Shown here piece after piece: positions 37,721 through 52,184 of a stretch of DNA of 64,000 bases. The stretch is from positions 71,114,001 to 71,178,000 of the forward strand of contig NC_043000.1 of assembly GCF_006345805.1 (NCBI RefSeq), given 5' to 3'. This DNA is from Octopus sinensis (lineage: Eukaryota). Position numbers and translations under genes: made by a program. A model generated the notes under the pieces. It saw nothing but the letters and a program-made list of their open reading frames with translations, was not told the DNA's origin and made no database searches. Position 1 is the stretch's first letter, and every line of letters begins with the position of its first letter.

Positions 37721-39535
37721 TTTGGCATTATGTCATGCTTGAGAAGAAAACCCATCAGGCTGAGCAAAATCGCAGTTGTGGCAAATACCGTTGTCATGCA
37801 ACTGGCACTCGTGCCAGTGGCACATAAAAAAAAGAGAGGTTGGTGTTAAGAAGGGCATCCAGCCGTAGAAAACCATGCCAAATTAGACTGGAGCCTAGTG
37901 CAGCCTTCCAGCATGCCAGCCCAGTCAAACTGTCCAACCCATGCCAGTATGGACAGTGGACGTTAAATGATGATGATGATGAAATTGAACAAGGACATTC
38001 AGTGGATAAACTATAAAGAAAAAGATACATATGAACACCTGCTTAATTTTTGTCTTTCCTCTTCAACATTGCACTTCATCTTTGATCTAACATGCTTCAA
38101 CTTTTACATTGCATACATTGACTTTTTATATCAAGCAAGAAGTTTACTTTCTGTCTATACTCAGTCTGTTGTATGTTGTACTTTATTTCCTCTTCAGTAT
38201 ACTCAGTCTGATGTACTTTATTTATTCTCTAGTATACTCGGTCTTTTTTTTTTTTGCTGTTGTACTTTGTTTCCTCTAGTATATTTAGTTTCCTGTTTGC
38301 TGCTGTATATTGTCTTCTGTCAATTGTTGTACTTCCTTTTCTCCATCTGTTGTGTAATTCTCTATCTTTGTCTTATCTGGTTTACAGCTTTTGGGTGGGG
38401 GTGGGGGAAGTAGTGGTGGTGGGGTGTATGTGCATATTTTGCTTCCTGTTTTCTATGACGCTTTTATATCTTTTCATTCCTTTCTCTGTAATTGACTTTT
38501 TCCTCCTCTGTCTATGTATATCTCAAATATTCTCTCCCACTGTCTTATTTGTTCATGTTTTATTATTTCCCTTTTAGTTTTGGCTAACTTCTTCTTCCCA
38601 ATTATTTTCATCTTATCTCATTTCAGCCTTTTGTTGTATATTTGTGTTTCTGCCTGTATCTGTCTTTTACTCAGTCTCTCCCAATTTCTCTTTCTTTCTC
38701 ACTCTTCTGCAGAGTTGCTTACACTTACATAGTTATCCGCTTAGCAATGCTTGCCAGTAACCAGCTAACTGTATCAGGTGACAGACAGCAGAAACTGTCT
38801 TGCATAACCAGTCTCCTGCAGAATGGTTTTTGAAGTTCTTGCTGGCACTGGCTGTTAAGTATTTACTGCAAATGTTTAAATGTTCATTAACATTTCTATC
38901 AAAACTACTGCTGCTGCCATGGAAAGATTGACTGAACGTTAGCTACTTACCATTACACTGTAACTTTACTGAAATATTAGGACATGCAATCTGTTGGAAT
39001 GAGTGTTGTTATTTATTATATTTCATTCATATTTTCTTTCGTATTCATCTATTTTTACTTCCAGTTATCTTATAAACAGTACACACAAATGATTTTAGTT
39101 CAAGAAATCAACATAGTAGTGACGCTGACTACAGACCAAATTATATGTTACAAATAACTGTTACTCTCCTGCTTGGGCAAAATACAGTTGTGCTAATTGA
39201 AGGTTTATTAGTAGCTCTTGTCAAAGTACATACACACAGATAAACACACAAAGATAAAGTACTTGTATTCAGATGTATATAAACATACACACATAAATAC
39301 AAAATATTACTGATTGAAGTTATCACATAGTATGTTATAACTAAATTAAAGCAGCAAAGTGAAATAGGTTTGTTGACAAGATACACTGTAAAGACATTCT
39401 AAACCTTCTGTCTCAAAATATGAACTTGAATTTTTTTTTATATATTTATAATAAAAGATATTGCAATTGTTTCCACCCCATGATTTTAGTTTTATCCAGA
39501 GTCCAACCCATGCTAGCATGGAAAGCGGACGTTAA

Positions 39536-39930
39536 ATGATGATGATGATGATATGTGTATATATATATATATATGTGTGTATATATATATATATGATATA
39601 TGTATATATATATATAATGTATATATATATATGTATAATATATATATATATATATATGTATATGTGTATATATATATGTATATATGTATATATATATATG
39701 TATATATATATGTATATATATATGTATATATATATATATGTATATATATGTATATATATATATTATATATTATATGTATATATATATATGTATATATATA
39801 TTGTATATATATATATGTATATATGTATATATGTATATAATATATGTATATATTATATGTATATATATATGTATATATATATTATATATATTATATATAT
39901 ATATGTTATGTATATATGTATATATATGTG

Positions 39931-39996
<66 letters not shown>

Positions 39997-40042
39997 TGTA
40001 TATGTATATATGTATGTATATATGTATGTATATATGTATATG

Positions 40043-40075
<33 letters not shown>

Positions 40076-40176
40076 ATATGTATATGTTATATATATATAG
40101 TATATATGTATATATGTATATATATGTATATATATATATGTATATATGTATGTATATATATATATATGTATATATG

Positions 40177-40208
<32 letters not shown>

Positions 40209-40955
40209 AATATCATCATCATCATCATCATCATCATATATATATATGTATATATATATATATGTATGTATATATATATGTATGTATATATATATGTATA
40301 TATATATATATGTATATACATGAATGTATATATATATATATGTATATATATGAATGTATATATATGAATGTATATATATATATATGTATATATATGTCTG
40401 TATATATATATATGTATATATATGTATGTTATATATATATATATATGTATAATATATATATATATATATATATACATAGATATATATATATACATAGATA
40501 TATATATATATCTACATACATAGATATATATATATACATATATAAATATACATAGATATATATACATACATAGATATATATACATACATAGATATATATA
40601 CATACATAGATATATATATACATATATATATATACATATATACATATATATACATATATACATATATATATATACATATATATACATATATATATATATA
40701 CATATATACATATATATACATATATACACATATATACATATATATACATATATACATATATATACATATATACATATATACATATATATATATACATATA
40801 TACTTATATATATACATATATACATATATATACATATATACATATATTTACATATATACATATACATATATACATATATATACATATATACATATATATA
40901 CATATATACATATATATACATATATACATATATATACATATATACATTATATATA

Positions 40956-40986
<31 letters not shown>

Positions 40987-41066
40987 CATATATACATATA
41001 TATATACATATATACATATATTACATATATATATATATTATATATACATATATACATATATAATAT

Positions 41067-41113
<47 letters not shown>

Positions 41114-41145
41114 CATATATACATATATATACATATATATACGGG
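39536..41145. repeat. Large (TA)n-based compound microsatellite seeded at an RTE (GAT)n tail
   Basis: RTE tail at 39500-39552, then TATATG-type repeats that switch to CATATA-type near 40450; (CAT)n at 40213-40236. Confidence 0.92.
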
Positions 41146-41150
41146 TGCAC

Positions 41151-42100
41151 CGTAACTTAGTAAGAGGTTCTGTTAATCGTGTGATAGCAAATAGGTTTGA
41201 AAATCAAAGAGGTTCTGTTAACCGTGTGAGCTAGAAAATAAGTTTGAAAAATCAGAGTGACTATGAACCAGGAGACGAGACTAAACGAAAAAAAAATGTT
41301 TGAGCTAGACAAGGTAATGAGGGAATACTGAAAGAATGAGGAACAATACAATGAGATGGTAATCGAAGAATAGTGAAAGAATAATGATAAGTGCAAGGAT
41401 AGAAGGTATTTGTAGCGAGGCTGAACGAGTCACTTAGCTTTAGCCATTCATGATCTGTGCGTATTTCTTCTTTAGATATTTGGAAGCGAGTGGGGTTAAC
41501 GATAATGCGATCGCTCTTTTATATATGGCGATGATGGTTATGGAAAAGGGGGGTGACATAGAGAAACATAGGGAGAGAGATATGGCGATGATGGTTATAG
41601 AAAGGGGGGGACATAGAGAAACTTAGGGAGAGAGATAGGGTTAGTTAGAGAGGGGTGGAGAGAGGAGGTCGAGGAACACGTGGGAATAAAGTGGTGTGAG
41701 GAAATTTGACTGGGGACGGCATTGTCGATAATAAACATTATTTGATAAATAGGTTTGAAAATCAAACAGGTTCTGTTAATCGTGTGAGCTAGAAAATAGG
41801 TTTGAAAAATCAGAGGGAATAATCATTATTGATAACTAATTATAACACCGTAACTTAGTAAGAGGTTCTGTTAATCGTGTGAGCTAGCAAATAGGTTTGA
41901 AAATCAAAGAGGCTCTGTTAATCGTGTGAGCTAGAAAATAGGTTTGAAAAATCAGAGGGAATAATCATTATTGATAACTAATTATAACACCGTAACTTAG
42001 TAAGAGGTTCTGTTAATCGTGTGAGCTAGCAAATAGGTTTGAAAATCAAAGAGGTTCTGTTAATCGTGTGAGCTAGAAAATAGGTTTGAAAAATCAGTGT
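41151..42100. repeat. 142-bp repeat built from about 46-bp subunits (copy at 41151, array 41747-42100)
   Basis: cgtaacttagtaagagg at 41151, 41849 and 41991; the subunit agaggttctgttaatcgtgtgagctag(c/a)aaataggtttgaaaatca occurs twice per unit. Confidence 0.85.
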
Positions 42101-42119
42101 GGCTATGAACCGGGAGACA

Positions 42120-43921
42120 TATATATAAACTTAGATAAACTTAGATATGTTTCGACCAGAGATTGGTCCAGGCCATGTCTAACTTAATAGCACCACCTGA
42201 TAGGATTATTCGAATCCTGTTTAAGTCAAGTTTTGTTCAAGTAGTGAGTTCTTGTTGGGTGAGTTGTATCCAGTTTTGTTCAAGTAATGAGTTCTTGTTG
42301 GGTGAGTTGTATCCAATTATGGGTGGCTTATCTGGTATTCTTTGAAGGAATCTATCCAGACTCTGTTTAAAGTTGATGGGATCCTTTTCCTCTTTGATCT
42401 CCCTCGGGACAATGTTAAATAGGGCAGGGCCTGTTGAGGAAAAGAAATTATGTTGCAGTGTACATGTATGTTGTGATCTTGAATTGGGCAGGGGACGTAT
42501 AGCCCGTGGTCCAAGTCTTGGATGAACCTTGAAGCTAATGTTTAGGTTGTTTGGGCAAAGTTGGCGGTATATTTTCCACATCGTACAAATGATGTACCGC
42601 TCACGTCGACGCTGGAGGGAGTAAAGTTTCAAGGCTTTAAGGCGATCCCAATAATCGAGAGCAGCCATGCCTTCAATTTGTTTAGTGAGAGCCCTCTGGG
42701 GTGACTCAATTCTGGAGATGTTTTGTCTTGTGTGAGGAGACCACAGTGAGCAGCAGTATTCAAGGTGTGGCCGTACAAAGGAGGAAAAAGTGGTATGATG
42801 ACACCTTGTTCTCTGGACCGGAAAGTTCTTAAGATCCAGGAACTCATCCTACGAGCTATATCGACCTTCTTGTTGATGTGTGCACTCCAACTGAGATCGT
42901 CATCAACAATTACACCCAGGTCTCTGATATTGTTAGAGGCTGTGAGCGGTTCCCCTGAAGGAAGAGAGTATGGTTGTTTTAGTGAGGAATTTCTTCCAAA
43001 ATGCATCAGCTCAAATTTTCCCTCATTCAGTTGCATTTTGTTTCTGTCTGCCCATTGACTCACAGCATATAGATCAGACTGGAGTTGAGTTTGGTCTGCT
43101 TCTTCATTAACGATTTGCTGGAGCTTAGTGTCACCAGCGAATATTTTCACTTTGCAGTGATGTACGACACTGGAAAGGTCGTTTACGTAAATTATGAAGA
43201 GTAGCGAACCCAAAACAGTTCCCTGGGGAACACCGCTGGTGACTTTTGCTGGGTTTGAGTGGACTCCATCAACTACAACATGTTGTGTTCTATTCGCCAG
43301 GAAATACTGAATCCAGTGTAGAACTTTTCCACGGATTCCAACATTTGCCAATTTTGAGAGTAGGATGTTATGGTCTACCCTGTCGAACGCTTTACTGAAG
43401 TCAAGATATATGACGTCAGAGTTCGAACCTGTTCCCAAGGCTTTGAGTACATCTTCAATGTGGTGTAAGAGCTGTGTTAGACAGTCCCTGCCACAGCGAA
43501 AGCCATGCTGATTTGAATTTAGGAGTTTGTGGGTCTCTAGGAAGTCAGCTATCCTTGATCTTAACACTCTTTCAAACACTTTAATGATGTGGGAGGTGAG
43601 TGAGATTGGGCGATAGTTGACTGCGAGGGATCTGTTTCCCTGTTTGAAAACCGGGATGACCGACTGGGATAGAAACTGTTTCGGTATATAACCTGCGTCT
43701 AACGAGTTTCTCCAGAGGTTGGTCAGAGGGACTGCAAATTGATATCTACATTCCTTCAGGAAACTAGCGGGAAATCTATCAGGGCCTACAGCAGAGTAAT
43801 GTTTGACCTCATTTATTGCTGCTACGATGTCGGTGGCAGTGAAGGTTATGTCTGCGATTTTGTGTTGGGAGTCAACTTCGTTCGTTTCCCTCACGTCAAT
43901 ATCAGTGGGAAGACTGAAGAC
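42120..43921 (-). mobile_element. 5'-truncated CR1/L2-group LINE (RT domain)
   Basis: ORF 42629-43894: NYRPISLTS, YLDFSKAFDRVDH, GVPQGTVLG, IFAGDTKL (YADD box mutated). Frameshift to 42237-42668 (SLQRRRERYII). Confidence 0.95.
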
Positions 43922-43998
<77 letters not shown>

Positions 43999-44020
43999 AT
44001 ATATATATATATATATATAT

Positions 44021-45381
44021 ACTCTTCTACTCTTTTACTTGTTTCAGCCATCTGGCTGAGGCCATGCTGGGGCACCACCCTTGTTGCTACCCTCTCTAAG
44101 TCCAGTTTGCCGTGGCTGGCCACTGATCTAAGAGAGAGTTTGTAGCTGCTGCCCTTAGGTTACCTTCGTACCTTGCAGTGGGTTCATCTGGGATCCCGGA
44201 AAGCAGCTTGTCTAGATGTTTTTTGAAAATGTCCACATCCGCATCATGTAGATCTCTTAGTTTTCTTGGCAGTTTGTTGAAAAGTTGAGGGCCCCTGAAC
44301 CCCAGGCTATTACAGTATCTGCTCCTTACCCTGGATGTGGAAGACGGGACCTTTGGCACCACACAGTGACGTCCTGTACGGGGATTGGAACAGCTCTCAA
44401 TTCCAAAATTTGGTGCTAGTCCCTCCAGGATTTTCCATATGTATATCACTGCATATCTCTCTCGTCTTCGTTCCAAGGAGTACAAATTGAGTTCCCTAAG
44501 CCTCTCCCAATAGTTCTTTTCTTTCATGGTGGAAATCCTCTTGGTGAAATGTCTTTGGATTGTCTCAAGCTCTGTGGTTAGTTTGACACTATGCGGTGAC
44601 CACAGTTGGGAGCAGTAGTCCAGGCGGCTTAGGACAAATGTCCTCCATAGTGTCAACATGGTCTCGCAGTCTCTTGTCCGGAATGTCCTCAGGATCCAGC
44701 CAGTGAGTCGTCTGCACATTGTTGCCACCTTCGCGATGTGTGAAGAAAAAGATGCATCGTCACTCATGTCTATCCCCAGGTCCCGTATTGATTTCGATAC
44801 TGGGATTTCGATCCCTCCTGGACCAGTATAGTTGTGTTGTAATGTATATGTGTTTACAGCTTGATATTGTAAGGCTTGAAATTTACCAGCATTAAATTGC
44901 ATGTTGTTGTCTTCAGCCCATAGATCTTGTTGTAAAAGGTCAGCATCAGCTGGGTTTTTGATTGCCTGTGCTACCTTTGTGTCATCAGCATAGCTAGTGA
45001 GGGATGTTGTTTGTGCTACCAAGGGCATGTCAGAGAGCGCCGCCAAAAACAGCAAGGGTCCCAAGACTGTGCCCTGTGGCACCCCGCTTGCTATTGGTGT
45101 CTTTCCCGAGAGGGCTCCATTGGCTGCAACCATCTGGCTTCTGTCCTTCAGGAAGTCATGTATCCACTCACCTACTTTTCCTGTTATGCCAAGTCTGAGT
45201 AATTTGTGACATATCACTCCGTGGTCGACTTTGTCAAAGGCCTTCGCAAAGTCGAGATATACCACATCCACCTGTGAGCGATCCAGTAGTTGTTTCAGTA
45301 CCCAGTCGTAGTGTTGTAACAGCTGCGTAAGGCAGCTTCTTCCTGGGCGAAAGCCATGCTGTGTGTCAGTGAGACGGTTAG
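44021..45381 (-). mobile_element. 5'-truncated CR1/L2-group LINE, second family, with the SINE-shared tail
   Basis: ORF 44096-45271: YLDFAKAFDKVDH, GVPQGTVLGP, SYADDTKV, SLERRRERYAVIY. 3' tail ggtggtgccccagcatggcc...gaaacaagtaaaagagta. Confidence 0.95.
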
Positions 45382-45384
45382 TAT

Positions 45385-47014
<1,630 letters not shown>

Positions 47015-47781
47015 CAGCATACATACACTTTGGTCTCTTATATGTAAGTACACATTTTTCTAAATCTTGTACGACTCTATTTCTGTCTATCAGCCCTTAT
47101 TCGTTCATTCCACTCTTCGTTCTTTCGTTCCCCCTCTCTCACATTTCTTTGCCTTCTCTTCTTACTCACTTTCCCTCCTCTTTTCACTTCACTGTGTCTC
47201 TGTCATTTTTTCTCACCCCCTCCTTAATTCTTCTGTCCCTCTGCTTCTACTTCTCTCTCTTCTCTTCCCATGTGACCACCATTCAGCCAATCCCGTTCTT
47301 TCTTTCTTGGTCTGACCGTTGTCAGTGCAGCATCGATATTCTTCCCTGTATTTATGAAATTTTCTGTATCTCTGCCGTAAGGCTTCATTTCCACACACGC
47401 TAGGTTAATTCAATTCATCTTTAGTCGAAAGACACCTGTTATTTTTATTGTATTTATATTTGTGTAACATTGTCCGTTTTTTCCATCCTTGTTTTTGTAT
47501 ACATTCGCTGCTTTCTTCCAAGGAATCTAATGCTCTTAGCTTAGTTTTTCCTTGGAGCTGGCTAGATTGGAGCAATCTCAAGAATAATCAGCTGAAATTG
47601 CGAGGATAATCTGGTGCTTGACTGAGGATGGAGGGCTTCGAATGACCCATTCTTGTTTTCTTTGTATTGTCTATCTGGATGTTTTGTTGTCCCTTTTTGT
47701 ATCACCTAGCTGTCCAGATGTTTTGTGTTCTTGTCCTCCCATTTTGTATTTATATATATATATATATATAGATATATATAT

Positions 47782-47995
47782 ATCCACGTGATCCCAATCG
47801 CCTTCCTGAAATCGTAACTCCACCGTCATGGAGGCCTTCCGAGTGGTCGTTTCTGCTCGCGTGGGTACCACTCGACAACTGCGCGGGATCACGTGGATGA
47901 GAAAGGCGCTATCCAGAGAGGAGTGGACAGCGTGCTGTGACCAGCAGTGTCAAATGGACGCCTGACGGACTGGTCAGTCAAGATGATCAAGGTGA
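47782..47995. other. GC/CpG-rich multi-hairpin island of unknown origin between (TA)n tracts
   Basis: Perfect 14-bp inverted repeat 47782-47795 / 47885-47898 enclosing two hairpins, followed by two more hairpins. Confidence 0.6.
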
Positions 47996-48013
47996 TATAT
48001 ATATATATATATG

Positions 48014-48540
48014 CATGGCAGTGAGACATGGGCTGTGGCTACTGAGGATGGCCATGTAATGCATAAGAATGATGACAGTTGCATCAAGAAGTGCTGATCT
48101 AATTGTAGAGGTAACATGCAAAAGGGGTAGACCCAGGAAGATGTGGGGCAAAGTGGTGAGAAAGGATCTACAGATGTTGAAACTCACAGAGGGGATGACA
48201 GGGGACTGAGACTCTTGGTGGTTTGCTGTACTTGAAAAGACACGTCAAGCTAAGTAAAAGCGTGGTTGCCCTTGCATACAGACTCATCCCCTGCGACCTT
48301 CCCCAGCTGAGCATCCCTAATCTTGCAGGCTTTTAGGTGCTGGTGCCATGTAAAGAGCACCTGTGCTGGTACCACATAAAAGCACTCAATATACTCTGTA
48401 AAGTGGTTGGTGTTAGGAAGGGCATCCAGCTGCAGAAACCAAGCCAAAACAGACATGGAGCCTGAACAGTCCTTCAGCTGGTAGCTTCTTTCAAACTGTC
48501 CATCCCATGCCAGCATGGAAAACAGACATTAAATGATGCT
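48014..48540 (+). mobile_element. Old RTE 3' end with an internal deletion
   Basis: HGSETWAVATED joined to GHVMHKNDDSCIKKC; RGRPRK; 3' UTR and tail. Confidence 0.75.
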
Positions 48541-50569
48541 GCACACACACACACACACACACACACTTAAATATTTATATATACATATACATCCACTTCT
48601 TCCTTCCTTACTCTATCCATCACCTTGCAACCTATACCCTTTTTGGCAAGTGTACTGTTTGTTACTAGACTTACACAGGCACACACACACACATTCATGC
48701 ATGGGGAAATATACACATACAGATAGAAAGTGTGTGTGAGAGAGAGAGAGAGATAGAGAGAGAGAGTGACATCACACAATTTATTAACTGAACACAATTG
48801 ACATAAACACTTTCCTCATATACATAGAGAAATAGAGGGGGAGAGGGAGATAGAAAGGAGAGAGGAGAAACATTAAAATGAAAGAAACATTAAAACACTT
48901 GATGTCAGATAAGTCTATGTCCAGCTAGTGCTGGCAAATAGATGGAGCCAAAACGGCTGTGCCAAAATATCTCATACCTCATCCAGCCAATCCTATTTAT
49001 TCTCTCTCACATACCATACAATTCTATACACTGTATTGGAACAATAGTCCTGAATTCTATCTTGCCTTTTGGAATTCTCCCAGTTTATCATTGGGTTATT
49101 TTGTTTTTATTTTTAACACATTATTTCACAACAACCCTAAACACTTTCTATCTTTCCCACATCTCCCTTTTTCCCAATCCACCAAAATGTTCATGTTATT
49201 TTCGTTGTTAATTGTGAACTGTGTGTGCATAACTTTGCATGTGTATGTATATTTGTGTGTGTGAGTTTGTTATATACATTCCAAAATATAACTATAAGTA
49301 GACTGTTGGTGATTTTTTTCCTTCTTCCTTTTCTTTTGGACTTTCCTATGTCTCCTGTTTCCGAAGCTTTGCTTGAGATGTGAAACAACCACTCTTTCTT
49401 TCCTTCTCTGAGCATCTTATGTAACACATACTTTGCATGTACCACGTCCTTGAGTTGTTTTTTTCTTGTCTTTTTTTCTCTGTATTTTGATTAATTACAC
49501 ACACACACACACACTTCATTTTTGTATCAGGTTTGCAAGATTCTTTATGTGAATTCATGTGTTGAAACAAATTTTGTTGTCTAGGGAGAGTCATTATACC
49601 AATATTAACGCACACTCACTGGTTCAATTCCACTCCTTTATTATTAGTCAATTGGTTAAATATCCAACTAACTAATCAATTGTTTATTTAGCTTGGTTAA
49701 TGAGTAAGTTGTTTGTTTTGTTTTTTGTCAAAGCTCTTTCATTGCTATTTGCAATCTTTTTTTCATTAAGTTTGACTTGGCTCTACATCACTTAAAATTT
49801 TGTAGGGGTAGAATATGTTCATGTCATCAGATATTTGGAGAAAGTGTGGAGAGAATTTAAAAGAAATTAAAAATGGCTTCTAAGTGAGAGAATTAGCCTC
49901 CATTAGTCACTTCAGGTTATGAAGCTATTGATATCACAATAAGATCAGTTATTTTATTGGTAGATCTGCTGGCCACTCTGAGTTATTACCTTTGACTTTG
50001 GTTGATTCAAAGCTGTAGTAGAAGACACTCGTCCAAAGTGTAGAATACTACGATTGAACTCTGAACCGTGTAGTTGCAAAACCATATCTGTACTATGTTA
50101 CCTCAGAAGGTATTGGCAAAAGACATCATGTCACATTTTTAAGATCTTCCAGATATATATATTATTTTCACAATTTACCTCAAATGAATCCTACCTTAAA
50201 TTATGTGACCACATTTTGTCAACATTAAGTCTCTGTGTAACAAACCCTGTGCAACAGGTACAGACAACAGGATATCACTAAATTCAATTCACTAAGGTTG
50301 TAGTTTGGATTCTAACTGAGTTGCAGAGTGCCAGTTTGGATTGCATAGTTGATATTTGGCAATATTTATAGCAGCCCCTCCCTCAACAAGCTGACTGTAA
50401 GTGCCCTTACAAGTATAATTTTGAGAAACATTTACTAGGAGATAAAACTGAAAATATAGGAATGATAGTTATAATTTATTAAATGTAGGAATGAAGTATT
50501 TAAATTAGGTATGATTTTTACATTTTTCCACAAGGAAAAATTTTGAAAATAATAGATGTTCAGATCTTG

Positions 50570-50800
50570 AAGATGTGTCATAATGCCTTGTTGTCAATCA
50601 ATGCCTTCCACTCGCTCTGCTGATAGTTGTAAATTCTATTGTCAAATTAAACTTCAGTTTTTTAATCTGAGGTGGTTGCTAAAAAGAAGTGGGCATAAAA
50701 ATTGGTAAAAAAAATTACTTTTCCATACTATCTTTGTTTTCTAAGAGTCTAATTTGAAACATCTGACTCCTCTAATACAATCTTTTACTTAAAATCCAAA
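50570..50800 (-). mobile_element. Possible mariner transposase C-terminal remnant
   Basis: RIYNYQQSEWKALIDNK resembles the mariner GI.KL..RW..VID..G.Y terminus; very degenerate. Confidence 0.3.
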
Positions 50801-52184
50801 TTGATATCTACTTGATCAAATTTTTGATTGCATGTTTTCTCTTTTCACAGAATATCACTTTTGACACAAGATAAAAACTGATATTTTATATAATATAATT
50901 ATTGATAATGCAGTTATGCCCAGTAAAGTTATAAGTGTATAAACTAGATGTGTATATCTGTGGAAAACTTATTTCTGGTATTGTTAACAATAATAATATT
51001 GTTGAAGATGAAATGGTGGTAGTGTCTATTTACAATTGTCATTATTAATACTAGATGACAACATTGATAGTTGTGCCAGTGGTTATGAACAGGTGAGTTG
51101 CCAGTTTAATAGCTGTTTTTATGAAATAAAATAGCACTTGTACAAATTGTCACATGGTTTCTCAATGGAGATTTTTTTTATAACTGTTTAAAGTAGTAGA
51201 AGGAAAGGTCAGTGTAGTCCTGTCATACAACACACATTTGTCAACTAGATCTTACCTTCCCACACATACTAGAATTCCTCTTTGTTAATGGTGCATGGTT
51301 TGCTTTTTCTCAAGATTGGTATGTATGTTATTCAATAACTTGCAACTGTTTGATTACGTAAATTTGTTCTGTACACTTATTTTTTTGTCACTGAAATATT
51401 TTTACAACTTCAATTTTTTCTTTATACTCACTTTGAGTTTGTCTTTTATTTAATTATTTTGCTTTATACAATTGGATGTCATATCACACCAACTGTTAGA
51501 TATTATAGCACCATAAATAACTTAATATATTTTCCTGAAACTAGTATCCATCTGTCTTCTGTTTACTTTGATTTAATTATAACAGCAGAGCTTAGTGCTC
51601 TAAAAAATTGGTCCAGTAGTACTTCTATTTGGTTTCAAATATACTCATTTTTTTTAAGAGTAAGATTACAACAAAATAAAAACCATGATATAACCATAAA
51701 CTAAGAAACATGAATGAATAAATATCAAAAGCTACATAATGATCATTCATAATTCATTTTAGAACTCGTGATTGATCAGACCTGCCCCAGCCAATATTAT
51801 AATAATAATTTTGTTTCATTTCACTTTCCACACAACTTGCCTTTGACTTTTTTTATTAATATACTTCAGTTCCTCTCTCACATTTGTTTTTTATTTTATA
51901 TATTGGTCTATATTCTAATGTAACCATAGATACATGTAGTTTCTGGCTCTTTAATCACTTTTCTTTTACCAAATGCTAATACCAAGATACAAAACTAGTA
52001 TTGGATGAGAGATTGAAAATGTGTAAGAAGCAGTATTGTCTATGTCATCTTGTGGACCACTACAAAAATCTAACTGTTATTGCTAATCTTATTTTTGGTG
52101 GTATAAACCACCACTAGATTACCATTTCTGAGAGGGCACATTCTTATTGTTGTGCTTAATATCTAATGAAGATGTTAGGTGACA

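Noticed and set aside
42140-42180. GACCA/TGGTC stem followed by GAAAC (minus strand) near the LINE 3' end
   Set aside because: It looks like hammerhead stem II plus GAAA, but there is no CUGANGA core upstream.
49346-49445. Cys-containing CKVC..RCSEKERK segment resembling a piggyBac Cys-rich domain
   Set aside because: Needs a frameshift, the Cys pattern is incomplete, and no TIRs or TTAA were found.
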